NCBI GenBank assembly: GCA_001717025.1
Contig: MAGU01000079.1
Coordinates: forward strand, 1-60,815
Direction of reading: 5' to 3'
Source of the DNA: Candidatus Methanomethylicus oleisabuli
GTDB lineage: Archaea; Thermoproteota; Methanomethylicia; Methanomethylicales; Methanomethylicaceae
Length of the DNA stretch: 60,815 nt
The notes under the pieces were generated by a model. The model was not told where the DNA came from. It searched no databases and saw only the letters and a program-made list of their open reading frames with translations. The first letter of the stretch is position 1. Every line of letters begins with the position of its first letter. Position numbers and translations under genes: made by a program. Of this stretch, positions 26,051-35,845 are shown one piece after another.

Positions 26051-26668
26051 CTACTCTATCGTGGCATGCCGTTTCTTCAGGTCGACCTCGGTCTCTCCAA
26101 GCCTCTGCATCAGCTCAGCAACTAGGCTGTCAAGGAAGATGTTGAGCGTGATCTCGAAGAGGGTGCCTAGCGGCGCAAGCGGCTCGTGTGAACCCAGTAT
26201 CTGCCGGACGGAGTAGTCATCCTCTATCGCCAGCTTGGTCCTACCAGGTATCACCACGATGTGGTCAGCCGATTTCGCCAACGTTGAGTCCTTGTGGGAC
26301 GTGATCGCAATAACCTTGGCGGTCATCTCCTTCCCTGCGGTCGCGGCGTTGACCGCCATCTTCGTTTCGCCAGATCCAGATATGCAGAGGATCACATCGT
26401 TTACTCCCATAGCAGGGGTTATGGTTTCGCCGAGCACATAGACGTTGAAGCCTAGGTGCATCAGCCTCATAGCAAATGCACGCCCCGCGAGCCCGGATCG
26501 CCCTGCGCCGACTACAAGGATTTTATTGTTGGACTTCAGGGTCTCGACGAGCATCTCTATCACGCGATCTACCTGCCCGTCATCTATGATCTTGGATGCG
26601 TACAGAACGTAGTTAGCGATCTCCTGCATGAAGCGCTTGACGAAACATTCCTTAGCCGCCATAGTCAT
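26051..26668 (-). CDS. hxlB: 6-phospho-3-hexuloisomerase (SIS domain)
   Basis: ILVVGAGRSGLAGRAFAMRLMHLGFNVYVLGE and ISGSGET match a PHI-type SIS domain. Confidence 0.82.
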   Translation of the reverse strand: MTMAAKECFVKRFMQEIANYVLYASKIIDDGQVDRVIEMLVETLKSNNKILVVGAGRSGLAGRAFAMRLMHLGFNVYVLGETITPAMGVNDVILCISGSGETKMAVNAATAGKEMTAKVIAITSHKDSTLAKSADHIVVIPGRTKLAIEDDYSVRQILGSHEPLAPLGTLFEITLNIFLDSLVAELMQRLGETEVDLKKRHATIE

Positions 26669-26804
26669 CAGACGTTAAGAGATTAGCCTTTCAATTTAAG
26701 TTTATTCTTACAATACGGGCGCGCACCGGTCAGAGCGGCGCTGAAAACAAAGAAGGGGTGATTTTTTAACGTGCTTTTACATTGCAATCATGACCCCCGC
26801 CTAA

Positions 26805-27566
26805 TCAAGGGACTGAGAGGAGGAGGCGCAGGGAGAGGAGGGCAAAGAAGGAAGCCAAGGCGATTGACACGAAGAGGGCGTCCTTGCCACCGAATCGGAG
26901 CACATAGATGGATGTCCTCTTCTTGCTTGCACCGAATGCGCGCGACTCCATCGCATCCGCCACCAGCTCCGCCCTCCTGAACGAGCTAATTATCAGCGGG
27001 ATCAATACAGGGATGTAGTTCTTGACACGCGCCACGAGATTTCCCTTCTCCATCTCCAGACCCCTTGATTTTTGGGCATCCATAATGTACTGAGCCTCCT
27101 TGCTCAGCGTGGGGACGAAGCGCATGGCCATATTGAACGTTAGCGCGTAGTCGTAGGGTATCTTCATCTGCACCATGGACTGCGTCATGTCTTCAGGCGA
27201 CGTCGTCAGGAAGAAGGTGGAGAATATTGAGATGAGGGAGATGAATCGTATCGCCATCGAGAGGCTGCTGAGGACCGCCACCTCAAGCGTATTTCCGCCC
27301 CAGAAATAGAGCGCCAGGAGGTTGAAAAGGAATATGAAGGCAACGAATATGAAGGATCCGCGTATCGAGATGGCCCACTTGCTGAAGACCCTTGCGATCG
27401 CAACCATCGGCAGCGAAGACGCAAATATCATGATTAGGACGAGCGGGTTAGAGTAGAGGATGGCGAGCGCCATGAAGAGCATCAGATAGACGAGCTTGGC
27501 GCGCGGGTCCAGGGCATGGATGGGGGTGGTCCCCCTGCGGTACTCGAAGCCTTTGAAGACCTTCAC
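26805..27566 (-). CDS. ecfT: ECF transporter transmembrane (T) component
   Basis: CbiQ/EcfT-like membrane protein with an ARG/ExxA coupling-helix region (AMESRAFG). The track ORF extends to 27650, but GTG 27566 overlaps the ecfA2 stop as GTGA. Confidence 0.85.
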   Translation of the reverse strand: MKVFKGFEYRRGTTPIHALDPRAKLVYLMLFMALAILYSNPLVLIMIFASSLPMVAIARVFSKWAISIRGSFIFVAFIFLFNLLALYFWGGNTLEVAVLSSLSMAIRFISLISIFSTFFLTTSPEDMTQSMVQMKIPYDYALTFNMAMRFVPTLSKEAQYIMDAQKSRGLEMEKGNLVARVKNYIPVLIPLIISSFRRAELVADAMESRAFGASKKRTSIYVLRFGGKDALFVSIALASFFALLSLRLLLSVP

Positions 27567-28378
27567 GCCTTGGCGCCCCCAATAAGTTTGGCGAGGCGGG
27601 CGACGACATCGTCTAGCCTTATTGATGGTGGGTCCAACCCCAGCTCCCAAGATATCTCGGCGAGCTGCGGCGGCACGAGCGAGGCACGCTCAAGGATGTC
27701 CCTCCTCACGAGGACGTCCCCGCTCTGTCCGTCGGCGATCACCCTACCATGTGACATGACGACCACCCGCGGTATGTAGTCGGAGACGAACTCCATGTCG
27801 TGGGTCACAACAAGCACGGTCTTTCCCTGCTGATTGAGCTTATGAAGCAGGGAGGCCATCCGAACCTTCTGTCGGTTGTCCTGGCCTGTTGTTGGCTCGT
27901 CCAGTATGAGCACCTCCGGACCGTAGCAGAGTACGGAGGCCAACGCGAGCCGCTTGCGCTCTCCCCCGCTCAGCATGAACGGCGACCTGCCGGCATACTG
28001 CGACAGCTCGAACTCAGAGATTGCCCACTCCGTTCTCCTCTTGATCTCGTCGGGAGGCAGCCCGAAGTTGACTAGCGCGAACGAAAGCTCCTTCTCAATG
28101 GTCTCGGCAAAGAGCTGGTGGTCAGGGTTCTGGAAGACGAGCCCGACCTTCCTTGCCAGCGACGCGACGGTCACCGCCTTCGAGTCGAGCCCGCATACGG
28201 TAACCCTTCCCTCTGACGGCTTGAGGAGGCCGTTGATATGTTTCACAAGCGTCGTCTTGCCGGCGCCATTCTCACCGACTATAGCGACCAGTTCGCCGGC
28301 GCCGATATTGAGGTCGATGTGGTCTAGCGCGTTAATGCCGGGCATATAAGAGTAGGTGACGCCTTCTAATGAGATCAA
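27563..28378 (-). CDS. ecfA2: ECF transporter ATPase EcfA2
   Basis: Walker A GENGAGKTT, signature LSGGERKRL, Walker B LILDEPTTGQD. Confidence 0.92.
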   Translation of the reverse strand: MISLEGVTYSYMPGINALDHIDLNIGAGELVAIVGENGAGKTTLVKHINGLLKPSEGRVTVCGLDSKAVTVASLARKVGLVFQNPDHQLFAETIEKELSFALVNFGLPPDEIKRRTEWAISEFELSQYAGRSPFMLSGGERKRLALASVLCYGPEVLILDEPTTGQDNRQKVRMASLLHKLNQQGKTVLVVTHDMEFVSDYIPRVVVMSHGRVIADGQSGDVLVRRDILERASLVPPQLAEISWELGLDPPSIRLDDVVARLAKLIGGAKA

Positions 28379-29226
28379 CGCAGGTCGCCTCTCAGCAGCT
28401 TAAGGAGGTCCCTTGGGGTAAGCGGCATCCACCTTTCCAGCTCCGGTCGCTGGCGCAACGCCTTGGCAACCAGGACGGCCTTTGGGACGCCTATGCCGAG
28501 GTTCGCCGCTGTGTCGGAGTACAGGACGTTCTGCGGGGCACCATCGAGCACTATCTTCCCGGAGTCGAAGATGACACAGCGGTCCGCCAAGTGGCTTACC
28601 ATCTCAAGGCGGTGCTCGACCAGCAGTATCGTCACTCCGACCGAGTTTAGGTCGACCAGAACGTTGAGGACAGACTTCGCGCTCATGGGGTCGAGGTTCG
28701 CCGTCGGCTCGTCGAGGACCAAAACCTTCGGCTTCATCGTAAGTAGGGCGGCTATCGCGACCTTCTGCTGCTCACCGCCGCTGAGCTCGTCGGGAGACTT
28801 GTCCCTCAGGTGGGAGATCCCAACTATGTCGAGCGCCTCGTCGACGCGCATTATTATCTCTTCGCGAGGGAGGGCTAGGTTCTCTGGTCCGAATGCGACC
28901 TCACGCTCTACTGTCGTGCAGAAGAGCTCGTTCTCAGGATTTTGGAATACGAGGCCCACGCGCTGCGCCAGCTCGAATACAGGCCTCTCGGTGGTCACAA
29001 GACCGTCCACGACTACCCTTCCGCTGAACTTCCCACCGTAGGAGTTCGGTATGAGACCGTTGATAGTCCGGCAGAAGGTAGTCTTGCCGCATCCGCTGGG
29101 TCCCGAGATTACGATGAACTCGCCCGAGTCCGCCTTAAAATTTATGTCTATGAGGCTTGGCTGGGTCGATTCGGCATAGGTGTAGCTGAGTGATTCGACC
29201 TCGATGATAGCCAAGCGCGTCACCAT
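28375..29226 (-). CDS. ecfA1: ECF transporter ATPase EcfA1
   Basis: GPSGCGKTT, LSGGEQQKVAIA and LVLDEPTANLD. Confidence 0.92.
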   Translation of the reverse strand: MVTRLAIIEVESLSYTYAESTQPSLIDINFKADSGEFIVISGPSGCGKTTFCRTINGLIPNSYGGKFSGRVVVDGLVTTERPVFELAQRVGLVFQNPENELFCTTVEREVAFGPENLALPREEIIMRVDEALDIVGISHLRDKSPDELSGGEQQKVAIAALLTMKPKVLVLDEPTANLDPMSAKSVLNVLVDLNSVGVTILLVEHRLEMVSHLADRCVIFDSGKIVLDGAPQNVLYSDTAANLGIGVPKAVLVAKALRQRPELERWMPLTPRDLLKLLRGDLR

Positions 29227-29269
29227 GGGGAGTAAAATGGGAATAGCTACCTTTAATAAATGTAGCTAC

Positions 29270-30271
29270 TCATTTCTTGGTATTAATAGCCTTAAGGTCT
29301 TGCTCCCTCAGACCCAGTTTCGAGAATATCAGGGAGAGAGTCTTTGAGGTTACCTCGTCAGAGGTGGCTGAGAGGTTGACGCTCGCCGCAGTCGGGTGTC
29401 CGCCCCCCTGACCGGCAAAGGCAACTGCCAGGGGCTTCATTATGTCGCTAGAGAGGTTGAGGCCGGTCATCCTGTGGAATTTGTCGGTGGACCTCCCGGT
29501 CAGCCTCAGCGCACCCTTTTCCTCGTGTATTATGAACGCTAAATCTGCACCTATGTCCGTTAGCGCCCTTGCAACGGACGCCTCAAACGACCCGACCCTC
29601 GAGAAGGCTATGAGCCACTCGCCGGCCTTGTATATCTTCACCCTCGAAGCCCCCTTCAGGCGCGCCATCCTCTCCGATGCGCCCTGTTCATTTGTAAGCA
29701 TCTCCACCGCGAGCCTTAGGCTCGCCCCCTTATGCATCATCCCTACCACAGCTCGTATCGCCGTGTCGGGTGGCAACAGGAAGCGGCGCGAGTCGTAAAC
29801 TATGCCGGTAACGAGCCCTTGGAGCGCCTTGACGTCCAGCGTTGACTTGTCCAACAAAGCGTAGACGATCTCGCATGTGGAGGATTTATTCTTGATTACG
29901 CTGTATAGCGCGGCGGCGGCTGCTTCCTTGTCCCTTACGTGGTGGTCGATGAGGACATAAGGCACATCCTTGGCAACGACCACCTCCTTTACAGAGGGTA
30001 TCTGGGCCATCGACGGCATATCGACGAGTATGACGAGCTCAGTTTCTTCTGGAAGCGAGTCTTCGGCTGAGATGCCAAGGTAAGAGACGAGCCTCGAAGA
30101 GACGGCCCCGATGCCGTCAGGGGCGACGACCGCTATGTCTATACCGGGGAGGGTAGCCTTCAAGGAGGTCATTATGGCGAATGCTGAGCCGAGGCAGTCT
30201 GGGTCTGCATTCGGATGGCAGACCACCCTTATATTCCCATAATTCGAGGCGACCTCGGCGATCCTGCTCAA
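29270..30271 (-). CDS. DHH/DHHA1 family phosphoesterase (NrnA-like)
   Basis: HPNADPDCLGSA, LIDHH and DHHA1 GGGH motifs. Confidence 0.85.
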   Translation of the reverse strand: MSRIAEVASNYGNIRVVCHPNADPDCLGSAFAIMTSLKATLPGIDIAVVAPDGIGAVSSRLVSYLGISAEDSLPEETELVILVDMPSMAQIPSVKEVVVAKDVPYVLIDHHVRDKEAAAAALYSVIKNKSSTCEIVYALLDKSTLDVKALQGLVTGIVYDSRRFLLPPDTAIRAVVGMMHKGASLRLAVEMLTNEQGASERMARLKGASRVKIYKAGEWLIAFSRVGSFEASVARALTDIGADLAFIIHEEKGALRLTGRSTDKFHRMTGLNLSSDIMKPLAVAFAGQGGGHPTAASVNLSATSDEVTSKTLSLIFSKLGLREQDLKAINTKK

Positions 30272-30543
30272 GGCCTTTGCCCCTTCATCAATAAATCGAT
30301 CTCGCTCAGGGCAGCATCAGCAGCACCGTCGGCAAGAGCCTCGACGTCGATGTCGACTACAGGGTCGAGCTCAATAGAAACGTCAACCGAGAAGTCATTT
30401 CCGCCGCTCCTCTCTGCAGAAACGGCAATTTCCAATGATCTGATGAGGCTTCGGTCGACCTTTGAGAGGATATACCTCCGAGCCGCGGCTTCACCGCTCT
30501 CGCACACTGCCGCAAGGTCTACCGGAGCCACCAAGGGAATCAC
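30268..30543 (-). CDS. small conserved archaeal protein (DUF3194-like, tentative)
   Basis: 91 aa, acidic. 4-nt overlaps on both sides. Position downstream of prefoldin beta. The family label is from memory only. Confidence 0.5.
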   Translation of the reverse strand: MIPLVAPVDLAAVCESGEAAARRYILSKVDRSLIRSLEIAVSAERSGGNDFSVDVSIELDPVVDIDVEALADGAADAALSEIDLLMKGQRP

Positions 30544-30914
30544 GACCCTTGGATGGGACCCTTAGCCATGTTTACCTGGTCCATGATCGTCTTCCTGAGC
30601 GCTTCCAGCTGAGCCTTGAGCCTCTGCTCCTGCTTCTCGATAGTCTTTATCCTTAGGTCGGTCTCTTCATTCTTCTCGGTCAGTTCTGCGACTACCTTGG
30701 CCTTCTCTGTCTTGAAGAGCAAGACGCCCACAGACTTATAGACCACGGCATCGTCTGGGAGGTTCTTGCTCTCCCCCAACGCATGGTCAATCTCCTTGGA
30801 CTCTAGCTCAAACTGCCGCTTCCGCAGCACAATATTGTTGAGTTGCTCCTGAAGCTCCTGGAATCGCATGAGCTGGTTCTGAACCTGTGGCGGTATCTGT
30901 TCTGCCATCTTCAA
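30540..30914 (-). CDS. pfdB: prefoldin beta subunit
   Basis: QNQLMRFQELQEQL...VYKSVGVLLFKTEK...coiled coil. Confidence 0.9.
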   Translation of the reverse strand: MKMAEQIPPQVQNQLMRFQELQEQLNNIVLRKRQFELESKEIDHALGESKNLPDDAVVYKSVGVLLFKTEKAKVVAELTEKNEETDLRIKTIEKQEQRLKAQLEALRKTIMDQVNMAKGPIQGS

Positions 30915-31201
30915 TCACCTTTTAATTTAGCAATCTCTAAAGAAGTATAAATCCATCTTATATAAGAATTGAGTAGTGCACGCATCGGCGCAACGGACGA
31001 CGCGTCTATCTTTAACACAAGTGAGCAGCCCTGCTGCTCGATCGTTATCGATGCCGACCTAGGCTTTGTCGTCCTGACCTCCGGCATCAGTGATGCGCTA
31101 AGGCTAATCGCTAGGGGCTCGTCCCCCACATCTATGATCAGCATGGAGCTTATGGCGCGGCTCACCATTTGAAGTCCTCCAGGTATATCGCCGGTCCGCA
31201 C
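30911..31201 (-). CDS. pcc1: KEOPS complex subunit Pcc1
   Basis: LVLKIDASSVAPMRALLNSYIRWIYTSLEI matches the Pcc1/CTAG signature. Conserved Brix-Pcc1-PfdB order. Start may be internal. Confidence 0.82.
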   Translation of the reverse strand: MRTGDIPGGLQMVSRAISSMLIIDVGDEPLAISLSASLMPEVRTTKPRSASITIEQQGCSLVLKIDASSVAPMRALLNSYIRWIYTSLEIAKLKGD

Positions 31202-31707
31202 GGCTTCTTGGAGGAGCTGTCGATAAAGAATATCTCGGCGAAGTACTTCTCGCTCGTTGTAAGGTAGACGTCGACGGTCTTGCCTACGGGGCCGGCGGCG
31301 AGACCTCCCAGTCCTTGGAGGCCCATTGCCTGAGAGAGGGCATCATAGAGCCCATCAAGGGATTCTGACTCCGGCTTGATCATCCTCAGGGGTCTGGCGC
31401 GGGTCTTGCCCGACGATTGGGAATTCAGATCCCGCTTCAGCTGCACCCTTTTGATCAGCAGTGAGGCTATGGCGGATGGCTTGTCGCCGGAGGAGTCATA
31501 GCACTCTATCACCTTCGGCTCTCCGAACCTGCTGTTTATGACCCACAACCTCGATGCGCCAACCGCCTTCGAGTAAGCAGCGAGGTATGCCAGCCCCGAC
31601 TTGCCCCTCGTGAGGTATCTGAAGTCACATGACGTGGAGACGAGATCATTGCAAAAAGTCCTCGTCCTCGGGCTTGGCCTGAGGGAGGTGCAGAGTAGAA
31701 TGGTCAT
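31162..31707 (-). CDS. Brix domain (Imp4-like) ribosome biogenesis protein
   Basis: ILLCTSLRPSPRTRTFCNDL...RGKSGL. Conserved position after L37Ae. Confidence 0.82.
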   Translation of the reverse strand: MTILLCTSLRPSPRTRTFCNDLVSTSCDFRYLTRGKSGLAYLAAYSKAVGASRLWVINSRFGEPKVIECYDSSGDKPSAIASLLIKRVQLKRDLNSQSSGKTRARPLRMIKPESESLDGLYDALSQAMGLQGLGGLAAGPVGKTVDVYLTTSEKYFAEIFFIDSSSKKPCGPAIYLEDFKW

Positions 31708-31721
31708 GGGAATGACCGGTT

Positions 31722-32003
31722 CTACTTACTGCCATAGGATTTAGTGCTCTTCAGCTCCTCAGGGGTCAAGGTCTTGCCCAAGGTGGTCTGGGAGACGAAT
31801 GCGCCGCCCGCAAACTTGACTCCGCAGGACTTGCACTCCCAGACTCCTGCGGCCACCCTTGATAGGGCGTCCATCGTTCGACACTTTGGGCAGCGCCGCC
31901 CCTGCTTCGCCTTGGTCTCGATGGTGAGGACCCTCTTCCGCGGTGTGGCGCCGTAGCGTTGGGCAAATCTCCCTGAAGACTTCACCGATTTCGTCTTAGC
32001 CAT
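31722..32003 (-). CDS. rpl37ae: ribosomal protein eL43 (L37Ae)
   Basis: GRFAQRYGATPRKRV plus zinc ribbon CPKC...CKSCG. Confidence 0.94.
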   Translation of the reverse strand: MAKTKSVKSSGRFAQRYGATPRKRVLTIETKAKQGRRCPKCRTMDALSRVAAGVWECKSCGVKFAGGAFVSQTTLGKTLTPEELKSTKSYGSK

Positions 32004-32829
32004 TAATGTTCACCTTTGAAGATACGAGACTTCTCAACTCCTGGCTTTTAAGCTTAGCTAGCTCGACCGCCCTCGTTACCTCTTCAATCGTCATATAGCC
32101 AGCCTCGCCCTTCTGCATGGCGCATAGCATGAGCGACTTCTCGTCATCGCCCTTCTGCATGAATGCGACGCTGAGCCTGCAGTCGAGCACCTCCTCCTCC
32201 TCGAACGAGGGGTCGGCGAATAGCTTGTCGCCAATCTTGGCCAGCGTGACGTTTATAGGCACTATGCCAGAGAATGGCATGGGCAGCTTCTTGCCGGTCA
32301 GCTCGACCGTATCCCCCTTCACCTTAGCCTCAGGCATCTTCGCAGAGAGGAGCGCGCAGAGCCCGGCAAGCGCGGCAGTGTCTATCAGATTGCCACAGTG
32401 GTCGAGTATGTAGAGGTCGACATGGCAGATCCAGACCCTCTTGCCCGGCTCGATGCAGAGCTTCGAGGTGTCGAGCATCTTTGACTCCCGCAGACCTCTG
32501 TCAACGACCCTAGCCAGCTCTACCGCCGTCTCGTCGGGCTTGCCCGGCTCGAACTCAGGCGATGCGAACGGGACAAACTCCGCACTGACCTGCATCACCC
32601 CCTCGTTTGGCGTGTCTGGGAACGGGTCGCCAATCTCGAACTTCACGCCTGCGGTGACGCGCGTTCCGCCAAGAATGACGGTTGCCGATCCCTCAGCCTT
32701 GTCTATATCTCCGATGATTATCTCGATGTTGCGATAGTCAGTTAGGCTCCGCCCATCGGTCCTCTTTCCACTGTCAGACAACTCAATGATTTGCTTCCTC
32801 TTAACGACAGGTATTATGCGAGCGCTCAT
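31996..32829 (-). CDS. rrp42: exosome complex subunit Rrp42
   Basis: RNase PH-like. RTDGRSLTDYRNIEI...AEGSATVILGGTRV. Confidence 0.93.
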   Translation of the reverse strand: MSARIIPVVKRKQIIELSDSGKRTDGRSLTDYRNIEIIIGDIDKAEGSATVILGGTRVTAGVKFEIGDPFPDTPNEGVMQVSAEFVPFASPEFEPGKPDETAVELARVVDRGLRESKMLDTSKLCIEPGKRVWICHVDLYILDHCGNLIDTAALAGLCALLSAKMPEAKVKGDTVELTGKKLPMPFSGIVPINVTLAKIGDKLFADPSFEEEEVLDCRLSVAFMQKGDDEKSLMLCAMQKGEAGYMTIEEVTRAVELAKLKSQELRSLVSSKVNING

Positions 32830-32832
32830 GAC

Positions 32833-33567
32833 TCATGCCTCCTCATTGCTAGACTCACTAACCTTGAAGTGCGCCTCGATTGCATCCCTCTGCAACCGGT
32901 AGACCTCAAGGCAACCCTTCTTGAGCATGTCGATGGACCGCGCGAACTCCTCCTGGGTGATCTGCCCATCCATTTGGAGGAGGGTCACGGCATTCTTAGA
33001 GGGCATATATGCCATAGGCATATCAGACTCCCCTTCTTTGTCCTCCTTGTCTTGAACGTCCAGGACTAGCTGCCCATCGACCTTGCCTACAGCTATGCTG
33101 GCGACCAGGTCGCGCATCGGTATTCCGGCGTCGACGAGCGCCAGCGAGGCGGCAGAGATTGCGGCGCACCTTGTGCTGCCATCAGCTTGGAGGACTTCGA
33201 TGAATATGTCGATGCTCGTGCGCGGGAAGTATTCGGTAAATACCGCTGGACTGAGCGCCTCCCTGATGACCTTTGATAGCTCGGTCTCCCGCCGCGAGGG
33301 CGCAGGCGACTTCCATTCCTCGACAGAGAACGATGCCATTCTATAGAAGGCATCGATCCTTGCTTTGTCTGCAAGTGCAAGGTGCTTTGGATGGGATTCC
33401 CTTGGACCCATCACACCAACGAGTATTTTTGTCCTGCCCCATTCAACGTAAGCCGAGCCATCGGTGTTCTTCAGTACGCCAATATCGAACTTGATCTCCC
33501 TAAGCTCATCGATCTTTCTACCATCGTTTCTTATTCCATCATCACTAATCAGTTTTTCAGTTGCCAT
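32833..33567 (-). CDS. rrp41: exosome complex exonuclease Rrp41
   Basis: RNDGRKIDELREIK...DGSAYVEWGRTKILVGVMGP. Confidence 0.94.
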   Translation of the reverse strand: MATEKLISDDGIRNDGRKIDELREIKFDIGVLKNTDGSAYVEWGRTKILVGVMGPRESHPKHLALADKARIDAFYRMASFSVEEWKSPAPSRRETELSKVIREALSPAVFTEYFPRTSIDIFIEVLQADGSTRCAAISAASLALVDAGIPMRDLVASIAVGKVDGQLVLDVQDKEDKEGESDMPMAYMPSKNAVTLLQMDGQITQEEFARSIDMLKKGCLEVYRLQRDAIEAHFKVSESSNEEA

Positions 33568-33571
33568 CTAA

Positions 33572-34273
33572 TCACCTTCTATTGCTTACAAGATATTCGC
33601 GGATTCTGTCAGTGAGTCCGCTCGTGTGGGCTTCGTCCGCGATCTTCTTGATCGCCGCTGCGACGTAAGCCTCATCATCCCTGCTCTTGCCAGAGATCCA
33701 GACGCGACCATTCTGCCCAACCATTATCTGAGCATTGGTCTCCTTCTTCAGCATACTTATCATAGAGCCCTTCTTCCCAATTATCCTTGGAACTCGTGTT
33801 GCTTCTACATCGATAACGGTTCCCTTCTGGATCTTGCCGAGATTATGATCCCTGCAAGATAGCGAGGGGTTCCTTGTCCTATCAAATGCAATGACCGAGG
33901 CGATCACCATCTCGCCTACATCAAGGTACTTCCTTGCATCCTCCCTCATAGGGTTCAGAGGCTTCGAGAGGTACTCAGATGCAAAGAGGATCCCTTGGTA
34001 GGGCGAACGTATATCCAGCATCCAAGCTGTCGGTATGCACTCTATGACCTTGCCTATTACGATGTCACCAGGCTGCGGAAGGTAGCAGCCCCTCAGGGGT
34101 ATGACCGAGATGAGGTCATTCCTAAGATCTGCCAGCCCAACGATCGACGCAAAGTACTTGTCTGCATCCTGGTACACATTAAATCCCGGTTGATATCTGC
34201 CCTCGGCTAGAAGGGTGCCGGGCACAACTAGCTGCCTTTGTTCAAAATTCACTGGAATATTTACCACCCTCAT
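33572..34273 (-). CDS. rrp4: exosome complex RNA-binding subunit Rrp4
   Basis: N-terminal domain plus S1 (GDIVIGKVIE) plus KH (RIIGKKGSMISMLK). Confidence 0.93.
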   Translation of the reverse strand: MRVVNIPVNFEQRQLVVPGTLLAEGRYQPGFNVYQDADKYFASIVGLADLRNDLISVIPLRGCYLPQPGDIVIGKVIECIPTAWMLDIRSPYQGILFASEYLSKPLNPMREDARKYLDVGEMVIASVIAFDRTRNPSLSCRDHNLGKIQKGTVIDVEATRVPRIIGKKGSMISMLKKETNAQIMVGQNGRVWISGKSRDDEAYVAAAIKKIADEAHTSGLTDRIREYLVSNRR

Positions 34274-34971
34274 ATTTTCTTTGCAATATTGATCTCTGCG
34301 CTGCCACGGGTCATGTCATTGACCCGGTCAACAAATGTCTGCTGCATCCCCGCTGGCAGCACTATCTCTCCAAACCATGACCCATCATGCTTCCATTCGG
34401 AGCGCGTGACGCTGCCGTACTTGGAGACGGCACTGCTTACCCTTGAAGCGTACTCCTTAGATACGGAGATGGTCAAAACGACCTGCGATATCTTCAGTGG
34501 AAGGTCGACACGGAGCAACTTTATTGCCTCCTGCGCCTGCTCCTCAACGGTCTTGAAGGGATCAATGTTGAGCCTTACATGCTCCAAGGCGTTCTCAATT
34601 CGCTGGGGCGGATGGGGAAGTCCGCTCTTCGGGTCGATGCAGTTCTTTACGATGAAGGCGATTATCTGCTTCCGTTTGTTCTCTACCATCTCTCGCCTCT
34701 GCTCGGTAGTCAACTGAAGCTCGCCCTTCCGGATTATGGTCGTGGCGATTGCCTTGATGTCATCGGTGCCGAAGTTCTTCTTGACCGATTCGTCGGATGC
34801 TTTAAGCGCTTTCCTCGAGTCTTTGAAGACGGTCTCGCTTACAAGAAGGGACTCGAAGTCTACGTCCTTCCCACTCTTAAGCTCCCAGGCCAAGTCAGGG
34901 TCAACCAATATCTCAAAGTGCTCTCCCTTAATAGTCAGCCTGGCGACCAGAGACTTGTCCTCTTTAGGCAT
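34270..34971 (-). CDS. sdo1: SBDS (Sdo1) family ribosome maturation protein
   Basis: ARLTIKGEHFEILVDPDLAW...FKD matches the SBDS N-terminal FYSH domain. Confidence 0.92.
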   Translation of the reverse strand: MPKEDKSLVARLTIKGEHFEILVDPDLAWELKSGKDVDFESLLVSETVFKDSRKALKASDESVKKNFGTDDIKAIATTIIRKGELQLTTEQRREMVENKRKQIIAFIVKNCIDPKSGLPHPPQRIENALEHVRLNIDPFKTVEEQAQEAIKLLRVDLPLKISQVVLTISVSKEYASRVSSAVSKYGSVTRSEWKHDGSWFGEIVLPAGMQQTFVDRVNDMTRGSAEINIAKKI

Positions 34972-35704
34972 TTCCAGCCGCCTTCAAGCCATCTATATAT
35001 CTTTCGAGATCCTTTGCCGGAAGAGAGGAGAACTTGCCATTCTCGACGCCGATCACCGCCACCTCGACCCTCGTGGGGTCGAGACCGCCCTCGACCACCG
35101 TGGCAAGCGCCTTGAGCGCCAAAGTTATCCCTGACTCGACGGCCAGGTTCGGGGCGTAATTCTTCTCGAAGAAATCGTTCACTGGCTGGCTGCCCGCTCC
35201 GATGGCATAGGCAAAGTATCCGGCATAGCCGCCGCTTGGCTCGGTCATGAAGAGCCTAGGCCCGAACTTGTCGATGCCTGCAACCATGAGCGAGACGCCG
35301 AATGGGCGCACGCCCGCGTGCTGAGTGTAGATCTGGTTTATCTCGCTCACCTTTTTAGTAAGGACCTCGACGTCTATGACTTCGTCATATAGCATTCTGT
35401 TGATCTGCGCTTCTTGACGGGCCTTTTCAACGAGTATTCGAGCGTCTGAGAAGAGCCCCGCGAAGGTTGCTCCTATGTGGTCGTCTATCTTGAGGATCTT
35501 CTCTATCGACGAAGGGTCAATAAGCGAGCCTCCCTTCTTCTTCTCGACCGCGAGGACGACACCATCGGAGCATCTTACGCCCAGAGCGGTTGACCCTCTC
35601 CTGACGGCTTCGAGCGCATACTCGACCTGAAAAAGCCTGCCGTCTGGCGAGAAGATCGTTATAGCACGATCGTATCCCATACCTGGAGGACTGAACATAT
35701 CCAA
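34964..35704 (-). CDS. psmA: proteasome alpha subunit
   Basis: YDRAITIFSPDGRLFQVEYALEAV. Confidence 0.96.
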   Translation of the reverse strand: MDMFSPPGMGYDRAITIFSPDGRLFQVEYALEAVRRGSTALGVRCSDGVVLAVEKKKGGSLIDPSSIEKILKIDDHIGATFAGLFSDARILVEKARQEAQINRMLYDEVIDVEVLTKKVSEINQIYTQHAGVRPFGVSLMVAGIDKFGPRLFMTEPSGGYAGYFAYAIGAGSQPVNDFFEKNYAPNLAVESGITLALKALATVVEGGLDPTRVEVAVIGVENGKFSSLPAKDLERYIDGLKAAGNA

Positions 35705-35845
35705 TCACCATACAATAATGTAATGAGCCTGATCCTAACACTACTTTAATCCTTCAGATTAAAAGTTTAAGCTAATTTAATATGCTTTTCGATAACTGTT
35801 CTTATTATCCTTTGAAGACGTTACGGGGGAAGGGGTCGCGGGCGG

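Noticed and set aside
26805-27650. Long N-terminal extension of EcfT (MGAGVGPTINKARRCRRPP...)
   Set aside because: It overlaps ecfA2 by 88 nt and has a basic, non-membrane sequence. The GTG at 27566 gives a GTGA junction and a normal EcfT N-terminus.
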